DNA from: Bacteroidota bacterium
GTDB lineage: Bacteria > Bacteroidota > Ignavibacteria > UBA10030 > F1-140-MAGs086
Length of the DNA stretch: 38,509 bases
Assembly (NCBI GenBank): GCA_005792205.1
Contig: SXSO01000133.1
Location: 1-38,509, forward strand
Reading direction: 5' to 3'
Shown: piece by piece, positions 19,710 through 28,532 of the stretch
Layout of the letters: the number at the start of each line of letters is the position of its first letter
Numbering within the stretch: the first letter of the stretch is position 1
Notes under the pieces: model-generated
Told to the model about the DNA's origin: nothing
Seen by the model: only the letters and a program-made list of their open reading frames with translations
Databases searched by the model: none
Program-made: the position numbers and the translations under genes

Positions 19710-20460
19710 AGATTTTATTAAACATTGTATTACTGAAATTTAAATTATGTTTATCAAAGTGAAATTTGAAATAAATATCTAAAAATTTTTGAAACTTTTG
19801 AAAGTCAGTTTTTTGAAACATTATTTTGTTGAAATTGTAATCAATTAACGTTTTTAGCTTTACAAAAGTTTCAGTTTCTATTTCAAATAGAGCCGAATTT
19901 TGTTGTTTACAATTTAAACAAATTGAACCGCCATTTTTGTAATCAAAAAAAATTTTTTTGTCAAGAAATTTAATTTCATTTTTACACGAAGTACAATTTT
20001 CAAACTGTATTTCAAATCCATTTATTTTTGCATATTCAAATTGAAATAAAATAAAAATTGTAAATATCGTTTCATTAGTAGATGAATCTAAATTTTTCAA
20101 AGTATTTGAAATCAAATTAAAAAGTGGTTCATTTTTTTCTTCTTCATGAGTTGTCTTTGCAACAATTTCCAAAATAGAAAATGCAATTAAAAGTTTTTCT
20201 AAATTATTTCTAATCTCCGGAAAAAAAAAGATGTTAGAACTTTCTGAAATAATTTGCAGTTTGCGTGAATCTTTCTTATGTATTATAACAGAACTTTGTG
20301 ACATAACTTCAAGCGAAGACCCAAATTTTGTTTTCAATTTTCTTGAACCTTTTGCAATTACACTTATTTTCCCAAAATCTTTTGTGAAAAAAGTTATGAT
20401 TTTACTTGATTCACCAAACTTTATTGATTTTAAAATTATTGCTTCTGTTTTGAAAATCAT
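19702..20460 (-). CDS. recO: DNA repair protein RecO
   Basis: The N-terminal OB-fold string EAIILKSIKFGESSKIITFFTKDFGKISVIAKGSRK is typical of RecO. A Cys-rich zinc motif follows (C-SC...C-NC). It overlaps both neighbours. Confidence 0.85.
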   Translation of the reverse strand: MIFKTEAIILKSIKFGESSKIITFFTKDFGKISVIAKGSRKLKTKFGSSLEVMSQSSVIIHKKDSRKLQIISESSNIFFFPEIRNNLEKLLIAFSILEIVAKTTHEEEKNEPLFNLISNTLKNLDSSTNETIFTIFILFQFEYAKINGFEIQFENCTSCKNEIKFLDKKIFFDYKNGGSICLNCKQQNSALFEIETETFVKLKTLIDYNFNKIMFQKTDFQKFQKFLDIYFKFHFDKHNLNFSNTMFNKIYE

Positions 20461-21689
20461 TTGGGAAGTTTCATTTTAAAAGTAGTCCCAACTCCAATTT
20501 TACTTTCTTGCAATTCCAGTTTTCCTTTATGATAATCTTCAACGATTCGTTTTGCAAGTGAAAGTCCTAATCCCCAACCTCTTTCTTTCGTTGTGAAACC
20601 GGGAGTAAAAATTTGCTTTTTCAATTTTCCTTCAATTCCCTTTCCGCTATCTGATACTTCAATTTCAATAGATTTTTCTTTTTCTTCTGTTTTGAAATTT
20701 ATTTTTCCACTATTGTTTCCAATTGCGTCCAAAGAATTTTTTATCATATTTTCAAAAACCCATTCAATGAGTTCAAAATTGATTTTCGCATTTACAATAT
20801 TTTTGCTTTGAATTTGAAACTGAATATTTTTTGTTCCAAATTGTGAATTTCTTTTTTCAAAATAATTTTTTGTTCTTTGAATTATTTCAACAATGTTTTC
20901 AGTTTTTAAATTTTCTTTTGAGCCAATTTTTGAAAATCTCTCTGCAATTTTATTTAATCGTACCACATCATTTTCCATTTCTTGAATTTCTTCAGAAGCA
21001 AATTTTGACTTTAAAATTTCAATCCATCCATTTAAACTTGAAAGAGGAGTTCCAAGTTGATGTGCAGTTTCTTTTGACATTCCAATCCAAATTTTATTTT
21101 GCTCATTTCGTTTCACATAACTAAATCCCATATATGCGACGAATATAAATAAAATTCCAAGTGTAATTTCAACTATTGGAAGTTGTTCAAGTTTTTCTGT
21201 TGTGTTTTGAAGTTGCAATACAGTTTTTGATTCGCCATAATGTATTTTTTCTAAAACTGTGTCTGTAAAAAATTGTGTTGGTGTTGGTTTTACTTTCACT
21301 AAAATTGGCGGAATTTTTTCATCCATTTTTTTTGCAAGTTGAATGATATACATTGTATCGTTTTTAGAAAAAAGTTTTTCTATATCAAGATTTTTAAATC
21401 CTTTTACAATTTTTTCATTCGCATCTGTTTCAATCATTGGAAAATCAATTGATGGAATTATTTTATCAAAGAAAAATTGATAATCCAAATTTGGATCTTC
21501 TGAACTTGCAATATATTCTAATGTGTTTGCGTAGAGTATCGCAATTTTTTTTTCACTTCTTAAAATCTCTTGAACAACTTTTTGTAGATGAGAAACTATT
21601 ATTTGTGAGTAAATTAAAATTCCTACTGCTATCAAAAATGAAAATAGGAAAAGAAAAAATTTTATTTTAGTGGAAGAAACTCTTTGCAT
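20457..21689 (-). CDS. Membrane sensor histidine kinase (two TM segments flanking a ~150-aa extracytoplasmic domain)
   Basis: H-box ETAHQLGTPLSSLNGWIEIL, N-box ENMIKNSLDAI, G1 VSDSGKGI, G2 GWGLGLSLAKRIV. No response regulator is present anywhere in the window. Confidence 0.85.
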   Translation of the reverse strand: MQRVSSTKIKFFLFLFSFLIAVGILIYSQIIVSHLQKVVQEILRSEKKIAILYANTLEYIASSEDPNLDYQFFFDKIIPSIDFPMIETDANEKIVKGFKNLDIEKLFSKNDTMYIIQLAKKMDEKIPPILVKVKPTPTQFFTDTVLEKIHYGESKTVLQLQNTTEKLEQLPIVEITLGILFIFVAYMGFSYVKRNEQNKIWIGMSKETAHQLGTPLSSLNGWIEILKSKFASEEIQEMENDVVRLNKIAERFSKIGSKENLKTENIVEIIQRTKNYFEKRNSQFGTKNIQFQIQSKNIVNAKINFELIEWVFENMIKNSLDAIGNNSGKINFKTEEKEKSIEIEVSDSGKGIEGKLKKQIFTPGFTTKERGWGLGLSLAKRIVEDYHKGKLELQESKIGVGTTFKMKLPK

Positions 21690-21734
21690 AAAGTATTGTG
21701 AAATTTACAATAAAAATAAATTTTTCATAAAACG

Positions 21735-21770
21735 AAAAAAGGACATTGTAAATTTTCCAATGTCCTTTTT
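21735..21770 (-). terminator. Rho-independent (bidirectional-looking) terminator downstream of secF
   Basis: The stem ggacattg (21741..21748) pairs with caatgtcc (21758..21765). It is flanked by an A6 run on the left and a T5 run on the right. Confidence 0.7.
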
Positions 21771-21788
21771 AATAAAAAGTAATACACT

Positions 21789-22718
21789 TTATTTTATCAA
21801 CTCACCTGATTTTTTAGTTCTCTTTTCAATATACTCCAAAACAACTGCGCTTGCGATATAAATTGAAGAATAGCTTCCTGTAACAATTCCAAATGTCAAA
21901 GCAAAGGCAAAGCCGCGATTTACTTCTCCTCCAAAAAGAAATATTACAAACACAACAAGAAAAATTGTTCCAGAAGTTATAATTGTTCGACTAAGTGTTT
22001 CATTTAAACTTTTATTCATCACATCAAATAAACTCATTGTGCGATGAATTTTTTGGTTTTCTCTAATTCTATCAAAAATAACAACGGTATCATTTACCGA
22101 AAGACCAACAAGCGTAAGAAGTGCTGCAATCATATTTTGATCAATTTCAAAATTTGTAAATGGAGTTAATCCATCCAAAAGCGAAATTACTCCAAGCGTT
22201 ACAATTACATCATGAAATAATGCTACAACGGCACCTATTCCATAAATAAATTTAAACCTAATTCCTATATAAATCAATATTGCAAAAAGCGAAACAACAA
22301 TCGCGTAAATTGCATTTGTTCTAAGTTCGCTTCCAACTTTGGGACCAATTTTTTGCTCTTGTAAAATTTTAGATGGATTTTTTGGAAATGACGTTTGAAG
22401 CGTAGAAACAATTTCATCAGCAACAGAATTTCCTTTTCCCTCTTTCGGCGTACGAATTAAAATTTTATTTTCCTCTCCATATTCTTTAATTTCCACTTGT
22501 TCAAAGTTGGCTTTTTGCATTGCATTTCTTATTTCAAAAATATTTGGCGGTGTTTGAAATTCCATAATTACTTCTGTTCCACCAAGGAAATCAATTCCAA
22601 AACCAATTCCTTTTGTAAAAAGTGATACTAATCCAATAATGATAACCAAAAGCGAACTCGTAAACCACATTTTTCGCTTTCCCATAAAATCTATATTTGT
22701 TTGTTTAAATAATCTCAT
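21789..22718 (-). CDS. secF: Protein translocase subunit SecF
   Basis: 309 aa with six TM segments. Motifs: GIDFLGGT, LSVNDTVVIFDRIREN, R-I-TS-T. Located 22 nt downstream of secD. Confidence 0.9.
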   Translation of the reverse strand: MRLFKQTNIDFMGKRKMWFTSSLLVIIIGLVSLFTKGIGFGIDFLGGTEVIMEFQTPPNIFEIRNAMQKANFEQVEIKEYGEENKILIRTPKEGKGNSVADEIVSTLQTSFPKNPSKILQEQKIGPKVGSELRTNAIYAIVVSLFAILIYIGIRFKFIYGIGAVVALFHDVIVTLGVISLLDGLTPFTNFEIDQNMIAALLTLVGLSVNDTVVIFDRIRENQKIHRTMSLFDVMNKSLNETLSRTIITSGTIFLVVFVIFLFGGEVNRGFAFALTFGIVTGSYSSIYIASAVVLEYIEKRTKKSGELIK

Positions 22719-22740
22719 AACATAATTGAATAAATAAAAA

Positions 22741-24531
22741 TTATCCGAAACTTACTGTTCTTCCTGTACTTAAAATAGAATTAAAAATAATATGTGTAAC
22801 CCAAATTGCGGTTATCATACTTACAACAATTCCAATCATAAGAGTTAAAGCAAAACCTTGAATTGATCCTGAACCGAATTGAAAAAGTACAACGGCAGTA
22901 ATAAATGTAGTAACGTTTGAATCAAAAATTGCGGTAAATGCTTTTTTGTATCCCGCATCAATTGATGCTCTTAACGTTTTTCCAGTTGTCATTTCTTCAT
23001 GAATTCTTTCATTGATTAAAACATTTGCATCAACAGCAACCGCCATACTTAAAATAATTCCTGCAATTCCGGGAAGTGTTAATGTTCCATCAAAAGTACT
23101 CAAAAGAATAAGTGTAAATAAGATATTTATTATTAATGCAAAATTTGCAATAACTCCTGAAAAATTGTAATACACAATCATAAATAAAACTGTAAGTACT
23201 AATGCTAATATAGAAGCAAATACTCCTTTTTGAATTGAATCGGCTCCTAAAGATGCTCCAACACTTTGTTGTTCAATGATTTCAACGGGTGCCGGAAGTG
23301 CTCCTGCTTTTAAAACGATTTCTAAAACATTTGCTTCTTTAATATCCATTCCTTCTATTTGAGAACCACCACCACTAATTTTTGAGCGAACAGTTGGAGC
23401 AGAATAGACGGAATTATCAAGTAAAATTGCTATTCGTTTATTTAGGTTTGCTCCTGTAATTCTTGCCCAATCTCTTGCTCCCTCTGAATTCATTTGCATA
23501 TTTACAACAGGTTGATTTAATACAAAATCAACTTTTGCGTTTTCAACAACTCCTCCCGTTAATTCAGGTTCAAGTTTGGTAGAATATAAAGAAAAAAATC
23601 TTTTACCTTTATCATTTGTTCCAATTGGTTTTGCTGACCAATGAAATTGCATATCATTATCTGACAAAATTTTTTGGACTTCAGGAAGAGCTAAAACTTT
23701 ATTTACGCTATCTTTATCTTGTTCCAAGACAAAACCTTCGTTGCCATTTTGTTGCGGTGGTTGAACAAGAACATAAAATGGAGATTCTCTTTTAATTTCT
23801 TCTTCTGATTTTTCCTTTTTTGTCGTTGAAGATGTCGTATCTTTTTTTGTTGTATCTACTTTTATTGTAGTATCAACACCATAACGAGTCATAAGAATTC
23901 CGTTTATTCCTTCATAAACTTTGGCAATGGATTCTATTTCTTTTAAAATTTTAAACTCTAAAAGAGCGGTTCCTTGAAGAAGAGTTCTCACTTGTCTTTG
24001 ATCTTTTATTCCCGCAAGTTCAACGATGATTCTATTGTTTCCTTGTTTTTGAATTGTTGGTTCAGAAACTCCAAATTGATCCACTCTATTTCGGATAATT
24101 TCAAGACCTCTTTCTATTGCATTTTCTGATTCTTTTGTAAGACGAGCAATAATTTCATTATCACTTTCTTGTGGCGTATTGCTAAAATAAAAAGCAAAAT
24201 TTGTATTTTCGTTTTTCAACTCATTTTGTAGAGAAGAAATTGGATTTACATCGTTTTCTTTTACGTCTTTTCTCACTTTATCAATTATTTTTTGAAATTT
24301 TGCATCTTTGTTTTGAGCAATGTTTTCAAACATTTTGACAATATCAACCTCTAATACTACTCGCATTCCTCCTTGCAAATCAAGTCCAAGCTTTAACGGT
24401 GTGATGTTTTCAATTTTTTCATTTGATTCGCTTATTCCAATAAATTGACTTATCGGTATCCAAAAAAAATACCCAATTCCTAAAAGCGTTACAAGTGTTA
24501 TGAATATAATTCTATTTCTATACGTCTTCAC
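22741..24531 (-). CDS. secD: Protein translocase subunit SecD
   Basis: 596 aa. Motifs: LGLDLQGG, RVDQFGVSEPTIQ-QG, LPAP, LPGIAGIILS-AVAVDANVLI-ERI-EE. Confidence 0.9.
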   Translation of the reverse strand: MKTYRNRIIFITLVTLLGIGYFFWIPISQFIGISESNEKIENITPLKLGLDLQGGMRVVLEVDIVKMFENIAQNKDAKFQKIIDKVRKDVKENDVNPISSLQNELKNENTNFAFYFSNTPQESDNEIIARLTKESENAIERGLEIIRNRVDQFGVSEPTIQKQGNNRIIVELAGIKDQRQVRTLLQGTALLEFKILKEIESIAKVYEGINGILMTRYGVDTTIKVDTTKKDTTSSTTKKEKSEEEIKRESPFYVLVQPPQQNGNEGFVLEQDKDSVNKVLALPEVQKILSDNDMQFHWSAKPIGTNDKGKRFFSLYSTKLEPELTGGVVENAKVDFVLNQPVVNMQMNSEGARDWARITGANLNKRIAILLDNSVYSAPTVRSKISGGGSQIEGMDIKEANVLEIVLKAGALPAPVEIIEQQSVGASLGADSIQKGVFASILALVLTVLFMIVYYNFSGVIANFALIINILFTLILLSTFDGTLTLPGIAGIILSMAVAVDANVLINERIHEEMTTGKTLRASIDAGYKKAFTAIFDSNVTTFITAVVLFQFGSGSIQGFALTLMIGIVVSMITAIWVTHIIFNSILSTGRTVSFG

Positions 24532-24610
24532 AATAATTTACTCCATAAAGTTAGATAATAAAAAATTTAAAAAATGTTGTCAAATATACATTTTTTTTGA
24601 GTAAAAAATT

Positions 24611-25447
24611 TCAAATTAGGTTTATTTCTGTAAAATTTGAAATCAATTTTTTTTCTTTTGCAAGCTTAAATAAAAGTTCAAGAGATTGTTTTCCTATTTC
24701 TCCCATTGAAATTGTGAGTTCATTTACATACATTTTCACAAATTTTTCACCTAACTTACTGTCAATTCCGCGTCCCCATTGCATTGAATATGGAATTGAT
24801 TCGCTTTGATGAGTGTATCCAAAATGAATACTTTCTTTTAATCCAAATGAAATTTTCTTTGCAAGTTCAATTCCCAAATCTTTTCTTACAACATCAAGTC
24901 CAAGTGGAAGTGGAAGTCCATTTGTTTTTTCATTCCAAAGTTCTCCAAAATCCAAAATTTTGTTGAACCCTTCATCTTTGTAAGTCAATTGTCCTTCGTG
25001 AATTAGAAGTCCCGCATCAAACGTTTCATCGTTTACTTTATTCATAATTTCATCAAATGGAATGTCTGTATTTTCTATGTCTTCGCAAAAAATTTTAAAG
25101 AGCAACGTTGCTGTTGTAAGTTTTCCGGGAGTTGCAATTTTTTTTCCTTTCAATTCTGAAAGTGATTTATATTTTTTAGAGACAATCACGGGACCATAAT
25201 TTTCTCCAAAACTTCCTCCTGTTTCCATTATCCAATATTTATCTTCTACAAATGGATATGTGTGTGCAGAAATCGCAGTAACTTCAAGATCTCCTTCCAT
25301 TGCTCTTTGATTTAAGGTTTGAATATCTTCAAGTTGGTGTTTGATTTTCACACCTTCAATTTTTACTTTTCCACTTGAAAGTCCAAAAAACATAAACGCA
25401 TCATCAGGATCTGGAGAATGTCCAACACGAATAATTTTTTCTGTCAT
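24611..25447 (-). CDS. MqnA/MqnD-family (VitK2_biosynth, periplasmic-binding-protein fold) menaquinone/futalosine-pathway protein
   Basis: N-terminus IRVGHSPDPDDAFMFFGL is typical of this family. It overlaps the stop of the upstream ubiE/menG by 4 nt. Which subfamily member it is cannot be decided by eye. Confidence 0.6.
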   Translation of the reverse strand: MTEKIIRVGHSPDPDDAFMFFGLSSGKVKIEGVKIKHQLEDIQTLNQRAMEGDLEVTAISAHTYPFVEDKYWIMETGGSFGENYGPVIVSKKYKSLSELKGKKIATPGKLTTATLLFKIFCEDIENTDIPFDEIMNKVNDETFDAGLLIHEGQLTYKDEGFNKILDFGELWNEKTNGLPLPLGLDVVRKDLGIELAKKISFGLKESIHFGYTHQSESIPYSMQWGRGIDSKLGEKFVKMYVNELTISMGEIGKQSLELLFKLAKEKKLISNFTEINLI

Positions 25448-26172
25448 GATTTTTTTACTAAATAAATTGTTGCAATGCCAAATGTAAGTTGAAATTCTTT
25501 CCCTTCTTTGAAACCAATCTCATTTAAGATGTTTAAAAAATCTTTTCTATCGGGAAAACTTAAAACTGTATTTGGAAGATATTTATATGCATCAAAATTT
25601 TTTGAAATTATTTTTCCAATAAGCGGTAAAATGTGTTTGAAATAAAAAAAATAAATTTGTTTGAATAAAAATATTTTTGGTTTAGAAAATTCTAAAACCA
25701 AAAACACACCATTTTTTTTTAACACACGATAAATTTCTAAAAGTCCCTTTTTCAAGTTAGAAAAATTGCGTACTCCAAATGCAACAATCACAGAATCAAA
25801 ACTTTCATTTTCAAACTTTAAATTTTCTGCAGCACAAACTTGAAGTTCAATTGTCTTGGAAAAATTTTTTGCTTCAATTTTTTGCTTTCCAATTTCAAGC
25901 ATTTTTTCAGCAACATCAAGTCCAATAATTTTTTCGGGATTTAATTTCATTGCTTCAATTGAAAAATCACAAGTTCCACAAGCGATATCTAATATTTTTT
26001 TGGGAGAAAATTTTTCCAAAATTTTAATTGCTTTTCTTCTCCATAAAATATCTATTCCAAAACTCAAAGTATGATTTAATATATCATAACTTGAAGAAAT
26101 GGAATTGAACATCTCTTTTATTTCGGTTTGCTTTTGTGTTTCTGATGTTTGAATTTCAAAAAAATTTTGCAA
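25444..26172 (-). CDS. ubiE: Demethylmenaquinone/ubiquinone C-methyltransferase (UbiE/MenG)
   Basis: MFNSISSSYDILNHTLSFGIDILWRR is the UbiE signature (YD-MN---S-G-HR-WR). SAM motif ILDIACGTCD. The full ORF needs a TTG start at 26172. An ATG at codon 21 would delete conserved N-terminal residues. Confidence 0.85.
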   Translation of the reverse strand: MQNFFEIQTSETQKQTEIKEMFNSISSSYDILNHTLSFGIDILWRRKAIKILEKFSPKKILDIACGTCDFSIEAMKLNPEKIIGLDVAEKMLEIGKQKIEAKNFSKTIELQVCAAENLKFENESFDSVIVAFGVRNFSNLKKGLLEIYRVLKKNGVFLVLEFSKPKIFLFKQIYFFYFKHILPLIGKIISKNFDAYKYLPNTVLSFPDRKDFLNILNEIGFKEGKEFQLTFGIATIYLVKKS

Positions 26173-26238
26173 AGATACTTAAAAATGTTCTTTTATAATT
26201 TTGAAAAATTCTTAGTAACTTTGACTAAATTTTTTTAA

Positions 26239-26604
26239 ATGCGATTTTCACTTCATTCAAAAATTCACAAAGCAACAGTTACAGAAGCCAATGTAAACTA
26301 TGTTGGAAGCATCACAATTGATATTGATTTAATTGAGAAAGTCGGTTTTTTTATTGGCGAAAAAGTATTGGTCACAAGCAATACAAGTGGAGCAAGATTG
26401 GAAACATATGTTGTTGCGGGAGAAAGAAATTTAGGAACAGTTTGCATAAATGGTGCCGCTGCTCATTTGATAAAAGAAGGAGAAGAAATAATTATTATGG
26501 GATTTGAATTAAGCGATAAACCAATCGTTCCGACTGTGATTCTTGTTGATAAAAATAATAAGTTTGTAAAATATTTGCAAGAAAAACCTAATCAAAAAAT
26601 TTAA
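26239..26604 (+). CDS. panD: Aspartate 1-decarboxylase proenzyme
   Basis: KIHKATVTEANVNYVGSITID contains the G-S self-cleavage site. INGAAAH motif present. 121 aa. Confidence 0.92.
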   Translation: MRFSLHSKIHKATVTEANVNYVGSITIDIDLIEKVGFFIGEKVLVTSNTSGARLETYVVAGERNLGTVCINGAAAHLIKEGEEIIIMGFELSDKPIVPTVILVDKNNKFVKYLQEKPNQKI

Positions 26605-27261
26605 CTTTTTACATTTCCTTCCGCAAGAATTAATTCTTTTGTGTAGATGCGTTTATTATCAGAATTGAATTCATATTTTACATCTACAGATAAATTTTCT
26701 AACGACAAAATTTTCCAACTTTTGCATTTGTAAACATTGCCATTATTCGTTTTTTTTAAAAGACAATATTTCAAAGGAGAGTGCAAAGTGGTGTGCATCC
26801 TTTGTGATTTTAAAATTATTAGATGGAGATAAATAAAATGACCGTTGTGTTGTAGAAATATTTTCAATATTAAAAGTTTTGCATTCTAAATAATTTGTTC
26901 TAAAGAATTCATCAATAAATTCAATATCAGGATAACCAGTTGATTTTTTCTTCCCATTTTTTGTCAATGGAGTTGTTGCTTTGTACCCAATTAAAGTTAG
27001 GGCATTTTTTACTATTGGTTCAATATCGTTTCCAACCTCATTTGGGCGATGTCTAATAATTCCATTTTCATTAATTTTTTTTGCTGAAAGTTTTGCAACT
27101 TTTTCCAAATTCTTTAAAAGAAACCTATCTTTTTTGTCTCTGTTATCAAATGGGATTATTTTATATCCCGATAATCCTTCAATTACAACATTCAATGAAA
27201 TTCCATTTAGGGGTTTAAGCATTTGGGAAATAATTCCATCCAATCTTTGAGAATTTTTCAT
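26601..27261 (-). pseudogene. Type II restriction endonuclease (PD-(D/E)XK), reading frame broken at an A8 homopolymer
   Basis: The 172-aa ORF (26743..27261) carries GYPDIEFIDEFFRTNYLECK, i.e. PD...E-C-K. It stops 2 codons after an A8 run (T8 on the + strand, 26750..26757). Removing one A fuses it to the last 49 codons of ORF 26601..26867 (TNNGNVYKCKSWKIL...AEGNVKS), giving about 219 aa. It sits 6 nt downstream of a DNA methyltransferase. Confidence 0.7.
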
Positions 27262-27267
27262 TTTAAT

Positions 27268-28524
27268 TTATTTTTTAAATATTACAATTCTGTTTGTATT
27301 TGTGCCTTTTTCATTATTTTTTATTCCCCAAATATTAGATGTTTTTGTAAATGTTTGTTTATTTATTAGAACTCCTTCACATTCAAATTTTGCTTTAAGT
27401 CCAAGTGGAACAACAACTTCATCTAATTTTATTTTTCCATTTCTAATTTCTCCTACTTCAAATGCAACATATCCATTTTTTTTTGTGACTCGATACAATT
27501 CCTTAAACACTTCAAACATTATTTTGGACCAATCATCAATGGTTTTTGACATTGTAATTTTATTAGCAACTTCCTCGGTATCTATATTATTAAACCAACA
27601 TCTTAACCAATTATCATGTGTGTATTGAACCAAATCTAAAAATGGAGGAGAAGTTACTATTAAATGTACAGAATCATCAGGGATTTCGTTTGTAAATCTT
27701 GCATCTTTATTTAAAAATAACGCTGATTCAGAAATTTTTTTTAACCTATCAATCGTTTTTGTATTTATATCTTTAATTAAATCTGCTGATTTTTTTAAAA
27801 TAATTTTTTTTGTGTTTTTATATTCAGGTTTTTGATTTTTAACTTCATTTATCTTTGATTGCTTTTCTGCACTAATTGCTTGATTTGGGGGGAAAGTGTA
27901 AACCGAAAAAAAATTTTTTGAATGTCCCGTTAAACGATTTGTAGCAACCATTCTAATCCAATCATCAACAGTATCTTGTTTGACTTTTTCCTTAAAATAT
28001 TTTTTCAAACTCAAAATTTCATTTTCTGTTTTTGATTCATAAAACATAGATAAATCAATATCTGATTTGAGATTATAATTGATTTCAATTTTATCTAATC
28101 TTTCTTGAATCTCGGAAATTTTTGGTATTGAAAGTCGTGGTTTAGATAAAATATTCCCCAATGGATTTATATCATTAGATATTATATTTCGCTCCATTAA
28201 CGCTGCTTCAATTATTGTAGTTCCTCTTCCGCCAAATGGGTCATAAACAATATCCCCTTTATGAGTTAATCGTTCTATAAAAAATCTCGGAAGTTGTGGT
28301 TTAAAACATGCTCTATATGATATTTCATGTAGTGAATTTGCTTGTCGTTGTTTTGAGGTCCAATATTCGTTTATAAATTTCGGAAATATTTTGTTGCCAA
28401 TTTTTAAATAATCAACTTCTGTTGAAGGTGGTTTTTCTACAAACAAATTTTCTAAGTCATGAAAAATAAAATTAGTTAAACAAGATTTTATATCAAATCG
28501 TTTTTCTAATAAAACTGGTTTCAT
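27268..28524 (-). CDS. DNA methyltransferase, N6-adenine/N4-cytosine family, alpha-type motif order
   Basis: AdoMet motif I DPFGGRGTTIIEA is near residue ~100. The catalytic motif IV TSPPF is ~190 residues later, with a variable (TRD-like) region between them. Preferred start is the ATG at 28524 (MKPVLL), because the ORF-track start at 28569 would overlap pepD by 37 nt. Confidence 0.85.
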   Translation of the reverse strand: MKPVLLEKRFDIKSCLTNFIFHDLENLFVEKPPSTEVDYLKIGNKIFPKFINEYWTSKQRQANSLHEISYRACFKPQLPRFFIERLTHKGDIVYDPFGGRGTTIIEAALMERNIISNDINPLGNILSKPRLSIPKISEIQERLDKIEINYNLKSDIDLSMFYESKTENEILSLKKYFKEKVKQDTVDDWIRMVATNRLTGHSKNFFSVYTFPPNQAISAEKQSKINEVKNQKPEYKNTKKIILKKSADLIKDINTKTIDRLKKISESALFLNKDARFTNEIPDDSVHLIVTSPPFLDLVQYTHDNWLRCWFNNIDTEEVANKITMSKTIDDWSKIMFEVFKELYRVTKKNGYVAFEVGEIRNGKIKLDEVVVPLGLKAKFECEGVLINKQTFTKTSNIWGIKNNEKGTNTNRIVIFKK

Positions 28525-28532
28525 TATTTTTC

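Noticed and set aside
26601-26867. 88-aa ORF listed as a separate gene
   Set aside because: Its first ~39 codons overlap the nuclease ORF in another frame and look like noise. Only the last 49 codons make sense, as the displaced C-terminus of the frameshifted endonuclease.
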